The notes beneath the pieces were generated by a model, which made no database searches, was not told the origin of the DNA, and saw nothing but the letters and a program-made list of their open reading frames with translations. A stretch of 63,717 nucleotides of DNA from Octopus bimaculoides (Eukaryota), in NCBI RefSeq assembly GCF_001194135.2, contig NC_068990.1, positions 91,233,093-91,296,809 of the forward strand. The letters run 5' to 3'. A program made the translations under genes and the position numbers. Shown piece after piece: positions 27,901 through 40,800 of this stretch (positions are counted from its first letter, which is position 1; each line of letters starts with the position of its first letter).

Positions 27901-28910
27901 ATATATACACACAATATTCCCGTGGGCTTCAAATGATCACATGGAATACCGTTGACTCTTGGAAGTAATTTGCAGACGTCACAGAGGTTTCAAGAAGAGA
28001 AAGAGGAGACAGCAACACTAACACATTACATTCAAAACTGCAGCAGGTCGTTTAATGCGTTAATAATATCACATGTCACTCAGCTGATGAGTCTTCTGAT
28101 AAAAATGTATTATTTATTATTATCCAGTAAAATTAGTTTCGAGAGTTCTCTCCCATGCAAGACCACCCTTTCCATTCTTTGCTGTCACTGGCTTTTCGTT
28201 AGCGATGTAATTTCTGTGAAACACTTTTGGGTTTACTTGCCTAATGTGTGATTACTTACACCAAATGCACACACGACACAAACATACACAGAGAACGGTA
28301 ATGGTTTGCTGTGGAGGTGATAAGGTGTTAATGGGCGGTGGTAGTTTTCGCATAAATAGTAAAGAGCTGGTGGTGAACAACGTATATATTATAATGAACT
28401 GAAATTAAAACAGAATATCCTGATATAACACGAGCACCTTAGTACAAATAACTGCCGTCGCGCTATACTGCAGCCACAATCACCACCGTAACTACCAACA
28501 ACAAACGCCGCAAATTAACAACGAATAATCATCAATTACTTTCTTTTTTTTTCGTTCAGGTTTTCTCTCGTCCATTGCGTTACTTCCCTTAGCATGACAT
28601 TCAGGGCTGATAGCAACGTAGCATTACATTAACCAGATATAAGCTTGCAGTTGAGGACTCACCTCATCCTCATCGTTTTAACATCTACTTTTCCAAGCAT
28701 GTAAAGGGTCAAGATTTCCTACAGCCGAGGCCCTTCCTAGTGCCAACCCTCACCCGTTTCCAAGCAAGAGGTAACATTCCCCATAGCCAGACATGTTTTC
28801 ATAGAGAAGCGGAAATAAATGGCATTGCCTGTAGGTATGACAGTGATACTTATTCAAATATCGAGCAATGTGAAGACAAGAAGAAACGAATCTATGAGTC
28901 CTTACACATA

Positions 28911-29112
28911 CGGTGTTGGCCAAAAGTCACCCGACAGTAAATAAAAATTCCATAGATATTTAATATTCAATTTTATTTATTCATTCTAATAATGAATATT
29001 TAATAATTGAATGCTGTGAGTTAAAAATCACCGTTCTTTTAAATAATTTTTTGTTTTAATCTTGGAATTAAATGGTTTGGATTTACTGTCAGGTGACTTT
29101 TGGCCAACCCTG
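28911..29112. mobile_element. Tc1/mariner-type MITE
   Basis: TA-cggtgttggccaaaagtcacccgacagtaaat ... atttactgtcaggtgacttttggccaaccctg-TA. Confidence 0.82.
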
Positions 29113-30394
29113 TATAAACGACACACCTTTTGCAGTCTCTCTACCAAATCCACTCACAAGGCTTTGGTTGTCCTGGGTCCATAACAGGACACTTCAGGTG
29201 TCACACACCTTAAACATGGCCAGGTTTCAGATATTTGAGTACAGAATAACTCAAACGGTCTTGAAATTTTTGATGCACTCTGATGGTTTAGGGGGTTTAT
29301 CAGTAGGAAGTGATGCTACAAAGAGGAACTGAGTGAGTAAGGGAACAAAGAACTAGAGAAATAAGGGGCAACTAATTGGGTAGGATAAATTAGTTGCAGA
29401 ATAGGGAATTCCCTTCTTTGGAAAATAGGAGAGAGAATAGTTACTGAGCTAAGGAGTAAACATGAGTTATTCCACCAAGTAGCTGTTGAGCAAAGTGTTG
29501 TTAGAATAAGAGTAACTGAATCAGGATGCTGCAGGAATAATATATGGGGGGGGGGGNNNNNNNNNNNNNNNNNNNNNNNNNNNNNNNNNNNNNNNNNNNN
29601 NNNNNNNNNNNNNNNNNNNNNNNNNNNNNNNNNNNNNNNNNNNNNNNNNNNNNNNNNNNNNNNNNNNNNNNNNNNNNNNNNNNNNNNNNNNNNNNNNNNN
29701 NNNNNNNNNNNNNNNNNNNNNNNNNNNNNNNNNNNNNNNNNNNNNNNNNNNNNNNNNNNNNNNNNNNNNNNNNNNNNNNNNNNNNNNNNNNNNNNNNNNN
29801 NNNNNNNNNNNNNNNNNNNNNNNNNNNNNNNNNNNNNNNNNNNNNNNNNNNNNNNNNNNNNNNNNNNNNNNNNNNNNNNNNNNNNNNNNNNNNNNNNNNN
29901 NNNNNNNNNNNNNNNNNNNNNNNNNNNNNNNNNNNNNNNNNNNNNNNNNNNNNNNNNNNNNNNNNNNNNNNNNNNNNNNNNNNNNNNNNNNNNNNNNNNN
30001 NNNNNNNNNNNNNNNNNNNNNNNNNNNNNNNNNNNNNNNNNNNNNNNNNNNNNNNNNNNNNNNNNNNNNNNNNNNNNNNNNNNNNNNNNNNNNNNNNNNN
30101 NNNNNNNNNNNNNNNNNNNNNNNNNNNNNNNNNNNNNNNNCAAAACAACACTTACCTGTTACTATCAGTCATTCAATTCTACAAGGAATGTTAGCAAAAT
30201 TGGAATAGGTTTTCTTGTCATTTTGTTGTTGTTGTTGTTGTTCAGAAATGAAATTGCCACCACCCCAATTATCATCATCATCATCATCGCCATATATGTT
30301 GAAAAAAAAAAAAAACTTTAAAAAATATATGTATACAAAAATAATAGCAACAATAAAATATATAAAGTAATGACCAAAATTATATACATGTGTA

Positions 30395-30430
<36 letters not shown>

Positions 30431-30769
30431 AGAGAGAGATCAAGTGCCAAGGTATGTAGAAGAAAGAACAAATAAGTAAAATATAAAAGGATATGAGCTT
30501 GATTACTAATCAGCTTAATTACTAATAATGAGGGTAAATGTTTCTAAAGTTCTCAGGAGCTTTAAACGGGCCATAACAAGACTGTGACATCATTATATTT
30601 ACAAAGGTAAGAGAGAAATCCCTTTCTAATTAGGATCCTCATCTATCACAAATAACTTCACCAGAAAACGAATATTGTTTTAAGTGAGATGTAATTAACT
30701 GAATTGACCCACCACCACCACCACCACCACAACCACACACCAAAATATTATTGGTGATAATGATAATCC

Positions 30770-32480
30770 TTCTTACTAAAAAAAAAAAATAAAAATAAAA
30801 AAAACCTGAAATTTGGCAGGGAAGGGTTAAGTTGATTACACTGAAACCTCAGTATACAACTGGTATCTATTTTATCAACCCTGAAAGGATGAAAGGCAAA
30901 GTCATTCTGACCAAAATCAGAATAATAATAATAATCCATTCTACTAAAGGCTCAAGGCCTGAAATTTTGGGGGAAGGGGACTAGTCAATTACATCAACCT
31001 TCAGTGTTTCACTGGTCCTTAATTTATTGACCCCCAAAAGGATGAAAAGAAAAGACGACCTCAGTGGAATTTGAACTCAGAACGTAGTGGCAGGAAAAAT
31101 ACCGCTAAACATTTTTCCAGCTTGCTGCCTTAATAATGATATTATTAATAATAGTAATAGCTTTAAATTTTTTCTGGGTGAAGGCCAACAATTCTGAGGG
31201 GACAAGAGTAAGTCAACATCATCAACCCCAGCATGAGACTGCTACTTTATTTCATCTCCCCTGGAAGAATAAAAAAATAAAACAAAGTTGATCCCAATAG
31301 GATTTGAACTCAGAATGTGAAGAGCTGTAACTATATACTGCAAAGTATTTTTGCTGACACTAATGATCCCGTCACACTAATAATAATACAACAATAATTA
31401 AAACCACAACAAATAATATAATTCAGAGGGTCAAACACAATTAACAGAAAAAAAAAGCTGATTTTAATTAATAATAATTATCATTATTTATAACTTTGGT
31501 ACAAGGCTGTATATAATTCTGTAGAGAAACAGTGTGGTTGATTGTATCAACCCCAGTATATGAATGGTATTTATTTTATCAATCCTAAAGTGAAGGATTA
31601 TGAAGTAAATTTCAGCTCACCACAAAGAGTGACGCAACTATATGTAACATATTTTATTTGGTAATACCAATACGTGTAGCATTACCAAATTGTCTGGCAC
31701 CACCAGTTATCTTTCATTTTTTTCTATTTCAGGATGGGGGTTGCCAGGGTACCAGCATTGTAATCTATTTAGTTCACTTAGTAACTATGATATTCAAATT
31801 GTTTGTGTTCACAAAACAGGTTATAAGACCACAAGATGTTGAGAGAAGTTATTATAGTCAATGAAATCAACCCAAGTATTTGATTGGTGCTTTATTCCTT
31901 CCATCCCAGAGGGATCAATAACAACAATAATGACAGCAACATTTTTCTTAGAATTATTTTTAAAAGAAAGGAAAAATAGTAATCATTGATACAGTTGATA
32001 ATGACAATTATAATTATTATTATTATTACTATTATTGTTTTGAATATTTGTCACAAGGGCAGCTTGGGGGAGGTGGGGATGAGTCGATTACATCGACCCC
32101 AGTGTTCAACTGGTACTCATTTTATCGAGCCCTGAAAGGATGAAAGGCAAAGTCAACCTCGGCAGAATTTGAACTCAGAACATAGTCACAGACAAAATAC
32201 CACTAAGCATTTCATCCAGGGTGTTAATTCTGCCTTACAATAATAATAGTTATAATAATAATAAACCTTTCTACTTGAAGGCACAAGGCCTTGGAATTTT
32301 AGTGGAAGGGGACTAGTCAATTACATTGACCCCAGTATTTAACTGGTACTTAATTTATCAACCCCGAAAGGATGAAAGGAAAAGTCAACCTCGGCGGAAT
32401 TTGAACTCAGAAATAGCGACGAGCAAAATACCGCTAAGCATTTTGTCTGGTGTGCTAACGATTCTGCCAGCTCGCCACCT
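30770..32480 (-). mobile_element. Chain of about 6 same-orientation SINE family B copies separated by (AAT)n, in and after the WBP2 3' UTR
   Basis: Copies near 30770-30920, 30935-31130, 31170-31340, 31530-31600, 32040-32240 and 32270-32480. Confidence 0.85.
31653..31658 (-). terminator. Candidate WBP2 poly(A) signal AATAAA
   Basis: AATAAA on the minus strand outside SINE sequence, followed by a GT-rich stretch (gttgcgtcactctttgtggtg), about 1 kb after the stop. Confidence 0.35.
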
Positions 32481-32679
32481 TAACAATAATATTAATAATA
32501 ATAAGAACAATAACTGAAATTAATACTGTGAATAACAGTTGTAAATATAAATATATCTATTTATATATTTCAGGTTCAACATTATAATTGTGCTTAAAAC
32601 ATCAAGGTTTGTCTTTTTGTTTCATGTTTTCTTTTCCTTCTCTCAACCCCCATCCTGGGTCCACTTCTTCTGTGACACA

Positions 32680-32807
32680 TCAGTTGGTCTTCTTGCCAAT
32701 CTCAGAGTAAGGTGGTGGTGGTTCGCTAGGACTTGGCATGTACACATTGTGAGGGTTCGCAGGGTTGTAATAGGCACTTGACGCTGCTGCTTCTCGAGCT
32801 TTGGCAT
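32680..32807 (-). CDS. WBP2: WBP2 last coding exon ([42 protein letters not shown])
   Basis: tttctgttcccccag acceptor; TGA at 32682-32680. Confidence 0.95.
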
Positions 32808-35800
32808 CTGGGGGAACAGAAAGAAATCAATTCAATAAATCAACATTTCATCAATTCTATAGAACAGGAGTCATAAACCATCAGGCTGCAGACAAGTGCA
32901 AGGCCAGGGATCATTTGGGATTAAGCCTCACAGAACAAATACATTTTTTTTTAAATTTAATTTTTATTCTCGGTATTTACTCCTCAACTTTCCTCCTCCA
33001 TCAAATCCCATGCAACACACCCATCTTTGTCCTCTGAATTTCACATCCAACAAGAAACACATTCACCCAATCCTTCCTTCCCACAGTCTACAATACCAAA
33101 CAACTGCTCCCGGCCCATGTTCTTTTTAAACAGGCACAACCTCACTAAAACATCAAACACAGAAACCTCTGCAAGCATCATGATTGATGATTGCCACCAC
33201 CTCTCCAATTCAATAAAACAACATCTACAACAATAACATGGTCAAAGCAACAACAGCCCAAGCTGTGACTGCACCAGCAGCAACAGTGAGTAAAATATAA
33301 TTTTTGTTTAAATCAATAATTACAAACCTTGAGGTGAACCAGTCGGATACGGGTTCAAATTCGAATCAACCCCTGGGTAGGGAGGGGGTGCTTCTGCCAT
33401 AAACACCTCAGACGCTGAAGTTAGAAAAAAAGAAGCAAAAGGTTAAAAAAACTAAACATGGGAAAAGATGATGAGAAGGGAGACTATTTGGATAATCATT
33501 ATATTGGAATGGGTTGGACATGTTTGCAACACCAGATATTTCTGTGTATCAAGGGTGGTGAGCTGGGAGAATCGTTAGCACGCCAGGAGAAATGCTTAGC
33601 CATATTTCGTCTGCCGTTCTGTTCTGATTTCAAATTCCACAGAGGTCAACTTTGCCTTTCATTCTTTCGGGATCGATAAATTAAATACCAGTTACGCACT
33701 GGGGTCGATGTAATCGACTTAATCCCTTTGTCTGTCCTTGTTTGTCCCCTCTATGTTTAGCCCCTTGTGGGCAATAAATAAATAAATTTTGTGTCCCTTG
33801 GTGGAGAAAAGAAGGTGCGAGACAAACAGAGTTATCTTTCTTGCTCAAAAGTTTCAACATAAAAGACTATCAATATTGGCAATCTGCATAAATACTACAG
33901 CTCATTCATTATGTACCTCGTCTTCAAAGGTTGACTTTGCCTTTCATCCTTTTGGGGTCGATCAAATAAGTACCAGTTGAGTACTGGGGTCGATCTAACC
34001 GACTGGCCCCCCCTCCCCCAAAATTTCGGGCATTGTGCCTACAGGAGAAAAGAAATTATGTACCTCACCTGATAATGAGGGAATGTGAGAAAGAAGAAAA
34101 ACTTCTTTGCTTTATAAATCAACCAATTATGATTCCATTTCTTCCACTTAGGCACATTTAATGTAGCAAAAGCTCAGGCATCAATTGATGATGGCCACAG
34201 GCATGTAAAATTTTGGAAAGTTTAATTCATGTCTGCCATTCCATAACAAAACATCAATTGATGATGTTTACCATTTAAGAGTTAATGGTTAAAAACTGCA
34301 ACATGTCCATGAATGACCATGAACACTGCCCTCCCTCTTGTGAAGAAATTAAGGAAAATTAAAATATATTAAGGTCTGAACTTGATAGTCCAGTTTCTTA
34401 AAGTCACTATATGGTCAGTAATTAATCAAACAGCCACCAAGTGGTCATTAGTATAGTACCTTAATGGCACAGCTACCATGTGGTCAGTCATACCTTAACT
34501 TTACAGAGTCATGTAGTTAGTCACATGGTACCTTGACATCATAGCCATTGCACATGGATTGCTGTGAATTTAGAAATCAAATGAATTTAAAAATACAGGA
34601 AAGAGAAAAGGCCAAGACAATATTACCTGGTGGTGCATTTGGGAATGTTTGATATGGCACCCAGCCATAGTTATAAGCTGTGTAGGCAGGCGGAGCAGGC
34701 TGATAAAATGGTCCCTGGGGAGGAGTGTAAGGTGGAGGCTGTGGCATTTGATACCGGGATGCTGAAATAAATGTAGGAAATAGAATAAAGAGATTAGTTA
34801 GTTTTTATAGCCCACCCACTGTCAACACTGACTACACCCCAGGGTGGGATGTAGTTATTTCCTGTAGCAATTCCCACTAAGATACATACAGCAAAGAGAT
34901 TTCCTTGACACTGCTTTGGCTTCAGGTCTTTCACAGGATTTGAACTTGGTGTTCCAAGCTAACAGATTATGTGTTCAATTGATACAGTCCCCACTGCCCC
35001 TGTTTGTGTACGACTTCATAATAGCTGTTGAAAGCCAGGGGGACTACATACAGCAGTGAACAACCTCAAATAACTATTCACTTTCTCAGTCAGTGAGGTT
35101 TGAAAGATCATCGTTTCATAGCCCACCAGGGGGAGTTTCAAATGACACACACAGGAAAAAAAAAACAGCACATGCAAACAGACAGACCCTCAGGACAAGC
35201 AAACTGACAAATGCCCCAGTGCATGCAAACAAACAGACCCCCTAGTGCATGTAAATAGACAGAACCCAAAAGCATGCAAACAGACAGACCACCACCCCCA
35301 CCCACCGGCCATGCATATATAGACTGATTACATGTATAGGCTCAGCAACATAGTTTAGCCCAGGGTAAGTAGACGCACGAGTGAAAGAACTGTACAATCA
35401 ACAAAGCAGATTTAGAAAGAAGAGCTGAGATAAGCAGCAGCAGTAGCAACCGAGACATCTCAATGCAGCACCAAGAATCTTTGTTCCTCTTTAACTTGGT
35501 AAATCCTCAATTCCATGTTGTGGATCTCTGCTAATAACATCAATTAAACAGAGAGGCTTTCGTTCTGTTAAAGTGCAGAAGTCTCCAAAATATAAAATCT
35601 GTTCTTTTCTTTGGTTTTGTGCTGATGTCATGAGATGTTCTGAGACCTCGTCAGAAGCTTGATGTACGTACTATCAAGGTGATCTTGAACCTCCGTCTTC
35701 AGAATCCAAGCTTCAACACACACACACACACACACACACACACAGCTCTCTAGCCTTGACTGTGATTTTACCCTCACAGCTCATCAATTGTGTGATGCAC

Positions 35801-37121
35801 AACACTGGTTGATATCCTTGAAAATGCTGCAGCTAAAAATCAGTCAGTTCCTTACTGTAAAAGATTGAATAGAAGGACCATCAATGAAAATGAAAGCCAC
35901 CTGTCAATTTATTCCAATAACAGCTCACAGCTGAGAAAGGCAATTAACCTCAGGTACCTTGAGTCATTATGTTGATGACAATAAAAAGACTATCTTACTC
36001 AGAAGAGTCACTTTGCTAACAGTAAACACACACACACAGGACTGAAGCAGACCTGATGTAGCTGAGGGTGTGTCATTGATGAGATCATGAACAATGATGA
36101 AAGGACTTTGACAAACCTAACTGACTGATTGATTGATTAACTCAACAATTAATCAAACAACCAATTAGTTAATTGGTTAAACAGTGAACCAACTGACAAA
36201 TGAATAAGAAAGAAGTGAAACGGAACCAGTGCATGTTTTCTGTTAGTATAATGATTCTCTTGAGAGACAACAGAACATTTTAACTGAAAATAATTACCAA
36301 GTTTTCCAGCCTGTAGCATAGCTTGTCCAAATTCGATAGCACCACCTTTGTTGAAGCAAAGTTTGAATGTGGCATGTCCAGACCATTTACCTTTTAGAAG
36401 AGGAAAAAACAGGGGAAAAAAAAAAGAAAAACAAATAAACCTGATTAATGATTGTTTAATTAGTTACATAAAAAAAATACATTCTGACCTTTAGATTATG
36501 CAAATTTATGTTGAAAATGGATTTAATAATTTAACATTTCTTCTTTTACTCCTTTCAGTCTTTTGACTGCAGCCATTTTGGGGCACCCATTTTGGGGCAC
36601 CACTTTGAAGGGGTTTAGTCAAAACAAATCGACCCCAGTGTGCATTTTTTTTAAAGTTTACCACTTATTCAATCAGTATTCTTTGCTGAACCACTAAGTT
36701 AGAGAGACTGTTTTGATAATCTCCAAGAAGGTGTAAAATAAAGAGATCAGCCATATTCCAGTTTATGTTTACAATTTTAACTCATGGAAAACACATTAAC
36801 CATCACTAAACTACCATCACTAGTGACTATCCTTACAAGCCATCAATAACCTACTAACTCAAGGCACTGTCCTTACTAATTCTAGTGATTATATCCTTAC
36901 ACACCATCAATAACCTACCAATTCCAGATCCTCGCATCCCATCACTTAATGCCCTTGCTACCACTCCATTGATGATCAAAAAAAGGTGGTAATATACCGT
37001 TCAGACCATCTGAATTAATGGCTGTTTAGGAAGAACTTCAAATACATAAATAATAGACAGATAAGGAGTTATTCCTTTTTTGGATCAGGATTGATTAAGA
37101 ACTAAACACCAGTTCTCTCGT

Positions 37122-37175
<54 letters not shown>

Positions 37176-37856
37176 GGAAAAAAGATTTACCTCCTTGTTC
37201 AGCAAAAACGGTCCCTTTTATGTAATTGGCTGAAAATACAGGTTGTTCAAGCTCAACCTGCCTCATGGTGAAAAACGGCATACTGAATGAAAGAAGATCA
37301 TCTTTCTGGGAATTGTTGAGGAAAATAACCTAAAAATGAAGAAACAAAGACAAGTAAATAGTTGTGTCATTACATAACACCAGGTTGAGGAGAAAGTTCA
37401 TGCACCGTGTTAAAAGAATGATTTTTCATGCAAGAATCTATTCAAAACCAACATCAACTGTTCTTCAAAATAAAGACCATCATTTTCCACGACTTTCTGC
37501 CAATGATCTGCAAGCTTTCGGATTTGGTCAAAGTACCAATCCATTGGCTTTGAATCGAAAAATTCTTGACAGGTCTCTTCAACTTCATCGAATGACTCAA
37601 ATCAGCAACCTTTCATAAAGTGCAGCATTGATCGAAAGAGGCCGTAGTCAGATGGAGCAACGTCTGGAATATAGGCTAGATGCAGCTGAACTTCCACACC
37701 ATCCAATCTTGTTGCTGATCTTTCTGGCGGTAAACGGGATTTTTCTCCTTTCAACATATTTAAAAAATCATTTTGCTAAATTAAGTCATCTTTTCCCCAG
37801 CCATTTTAAAGCCAATTTAACTAGCTTCTTTCTTGCTATCAATGCTGAGTATGTTG

Positions 37857-37889
<33 letters not shown>

Positions 37890-40800
37890 TANNNNNNNNN
37901 NNNNNNNNNNNNNNNNNNNNNNNNNNNNNNNNNNNNNNNNNNNNNNNNNNNNNNNNNNNNNNNNNNNNNNNNNNNNNNNNNNNNNGTTATGGCTGCATCG
38001 TTAAGAAGCTTGCTTCCCGACTTCATGCTTTTCAGTTCACTCCCACTTTGAGCCACTTCTTCACTACAGTTTCCATTTTCTCGTCACTGGAATAATGTTT
38101 GCCTCTCAGACCCTCTTTCATGGGGCCGAAGAGATGATTGTCCAGTGATGAGGAAGTGAAAACTGTAGTGAAGAAGTGGCTCAAAGAACAGTCAACAGAA
38201 TTTTACGGGACAGGGATACATGCTCTCATTCGAAGGTGGAACATTGCTATTGAGAGAAACGGTGACTATGTTGAGAAGTAGGGATGTGATCCACAGAGGA
38301 CCAGCTTCATTTTGATGTATGTTACATGTTGTTGTGTTGGTAATTATACCTGTCCTAAACAAAATGGCATTACTTTGTGACTCACCCTCGTAGTTTTTAT
38401 AAAAGATATAAAAGTGAACACAAAACTTTCAGTCTCATCAATGAATCTGTTTTTTTCTCCCCTAAAATTGGTGTCTAGAAAGTCTACAACCAAGCTGGAG
38501 CACCACTTTCCAAGTTTTTCATTTGAATGTATCAGTTTGATGCTCATTTTATCAATCACTGTTTATTAAATACTTCGATTTTTTTGACAAAGATGAGAAG
38601 CACTTTGTCATGCCACTAAACACACACAAATAATGACCTTCATCCGTTTCCTGTCTACTGGCTGAAACCAGTTCTGGCTGAGTACAAATGTCTTGTTTGC
38701 ATAAGTTTTGAATTAAAATCTTCCACCAAACCTTGTCAGCATTGAAGAAATGACATACGATGTCTGTCAATGGGTTTGAATGTGATAAAGCCCATCATAA
38801 AAAAAAGAAAGGAGAGAGATGGACAAACAAACCCAAACAGGCAGACAGACAGAGCAATCAGGGCTCTATGTGCTTCCATCTTCACATCGTTGCCATTTTA
38901 GAATCAGACCAACTGGAAACCATAGGAGGAATCTATCAGTACAGATACAAACACACGCAAGTCTGGAGTCACTGCTGATGGCAATGAGTATCCTACACAG
39001 AAGAATAAGAAAAGCAAGAATTTCTAAGAGATAACTTACCCTGTGAGTGGTAAGGTAGATTCTACCCTTTTTACTGCCTTTTGGTAGGTTACCCCCTTCA
39101 AGTGTTCCCTGCACACCATCACAGTAGATTAAGATCCTGGAAAATAAATACACAGATTAAATAACATGTTAAACACTACAGATATGCAAATTAGCAGCGC
39201 CTGTTCTCTGTAGCTAATAGATTTGATGTGAATATAATCAGAATGGCAGAGCTTTCCTCAAGGTGTGGGCACAGGTGCCAATGGCTTTTGTGAACCACCT
39301 CATGCAGTCCATATACCGATGGTGTATGGCTGTTTTGAACACCCAGTGAGGGCATACACAGTATTGAACATGTGACGCTCTACAATCTCGATGTGCTGAA
39401 TCTGCCCACTACCAGAATACATGACAACGACCCATAGACTTTGGCCAAAGTGCATGCAAGAAATTGACTATCAGATTTATCAAAATTTATCTCTGACATA
39501 ATGAAATTAAAACATATTTGACAGTCAAACATCTCACATTTCGTTTGCAGTTCAGTGTATATATATCATGGTTTTAACATCCACTTTTCTATGCTTGCAT
39601 AGGTTGAATGGGATTTGTTGAGACATATTTTCCGTGGCTGGATGCTCTCTCTGTTGCCAACGCTCACCTGTTTCCAAGCAAAATAATATTTCCCCATGGC
39701 CAGATAGGTTTCCTTTGTGGAATACTGGGAACAAAGGACACTTCTATGATGATTATACTCATTTACAACTATCAGACAATTCTTTCTACTAAAGGAACAA
39801 GGCCTGAAATATTTTTGGCAGTGAGGTTGACTTAATGGTACTTAATTTATCAATCCCGAAAGGATGAAAGGCAAAGTCGACCTTGGTTGAATTTGAACTC
39901 AGAACTGCCAAGCATTTCACCCGGCATGCTAATGATTCTGCCAGCTCACCGGAGACACATACGCACAAATACATACAAGGGGCTTCTTTCAGTTTCCATT
40001 TATCAAATCCATTCACAAGGCTTTGGTTGGCCCAAGGCTATATAAGACACTTGCTAAAGGTGTTCCACTGTGGACCTGAACCCCAAACCATGTGGGTGTA
40101 TAAGTACATACCTCCCACCAAATGGCTAAATATGCATGGCATCACCTCATAGATAGTGGCATTGTTAACATCTGCCATGAAATTCGGTCTGCCCGTTGCG
40201 TAAACTATGTCAGCATACAAACATGATGCTTGTTTACATCTACCCCCAAAACATGTCCGGCCACTGAGAAGGCTGACGTTTAAAAGATGAGTGAGGGGAA
40301 AAGAGTAGCTTGTATGAAAATGAGTGTCAGCAACAAGAAGGGCAGCCAGCAGTAGAAAGAATGCTTCTAGAAACCATGTGTGACCCCTGTGAGGACGGAA
40401 TAGTGGATGTTAAAATGATGATGGTGATGTTACCAACATGCAAAGCCTAACATTTTCTGCAACACCTCAACGTGAGTTGTGCTAATAATTAAGTGAACAG
40501 ATTTGGAAGATGGAGAAATTATTTTTATTTGAATTTTTAAGGCAGAAGACAGCAGAATTATTAGAGCAATTGGCAAAATAAATACAAGAGGAATATGTTG
40601 CAGAGAAAATGGATCTGCTTCAAAATTAGTTTTGTGATTAGTGAGAAGAAACACATATTTAATTCTTTCCAAACCAAAATAAAATCTTGAAAAAATAAAA
40701 AATTATTTTGCATATCTGTAAATTTTCTGTTTTTCTTCAGTAATGATTTTAAAATAATTTTTTATTCTCTGAAGAGGTTTTTTTTTTTTCAATTTTGTTT

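Noticed and set aside
28084-28110. CTGATGAG as a hammerhead core (also 56770 and 50483)
   Set aside because: No correctly placed GAAA, stem III/GUH or stem I.
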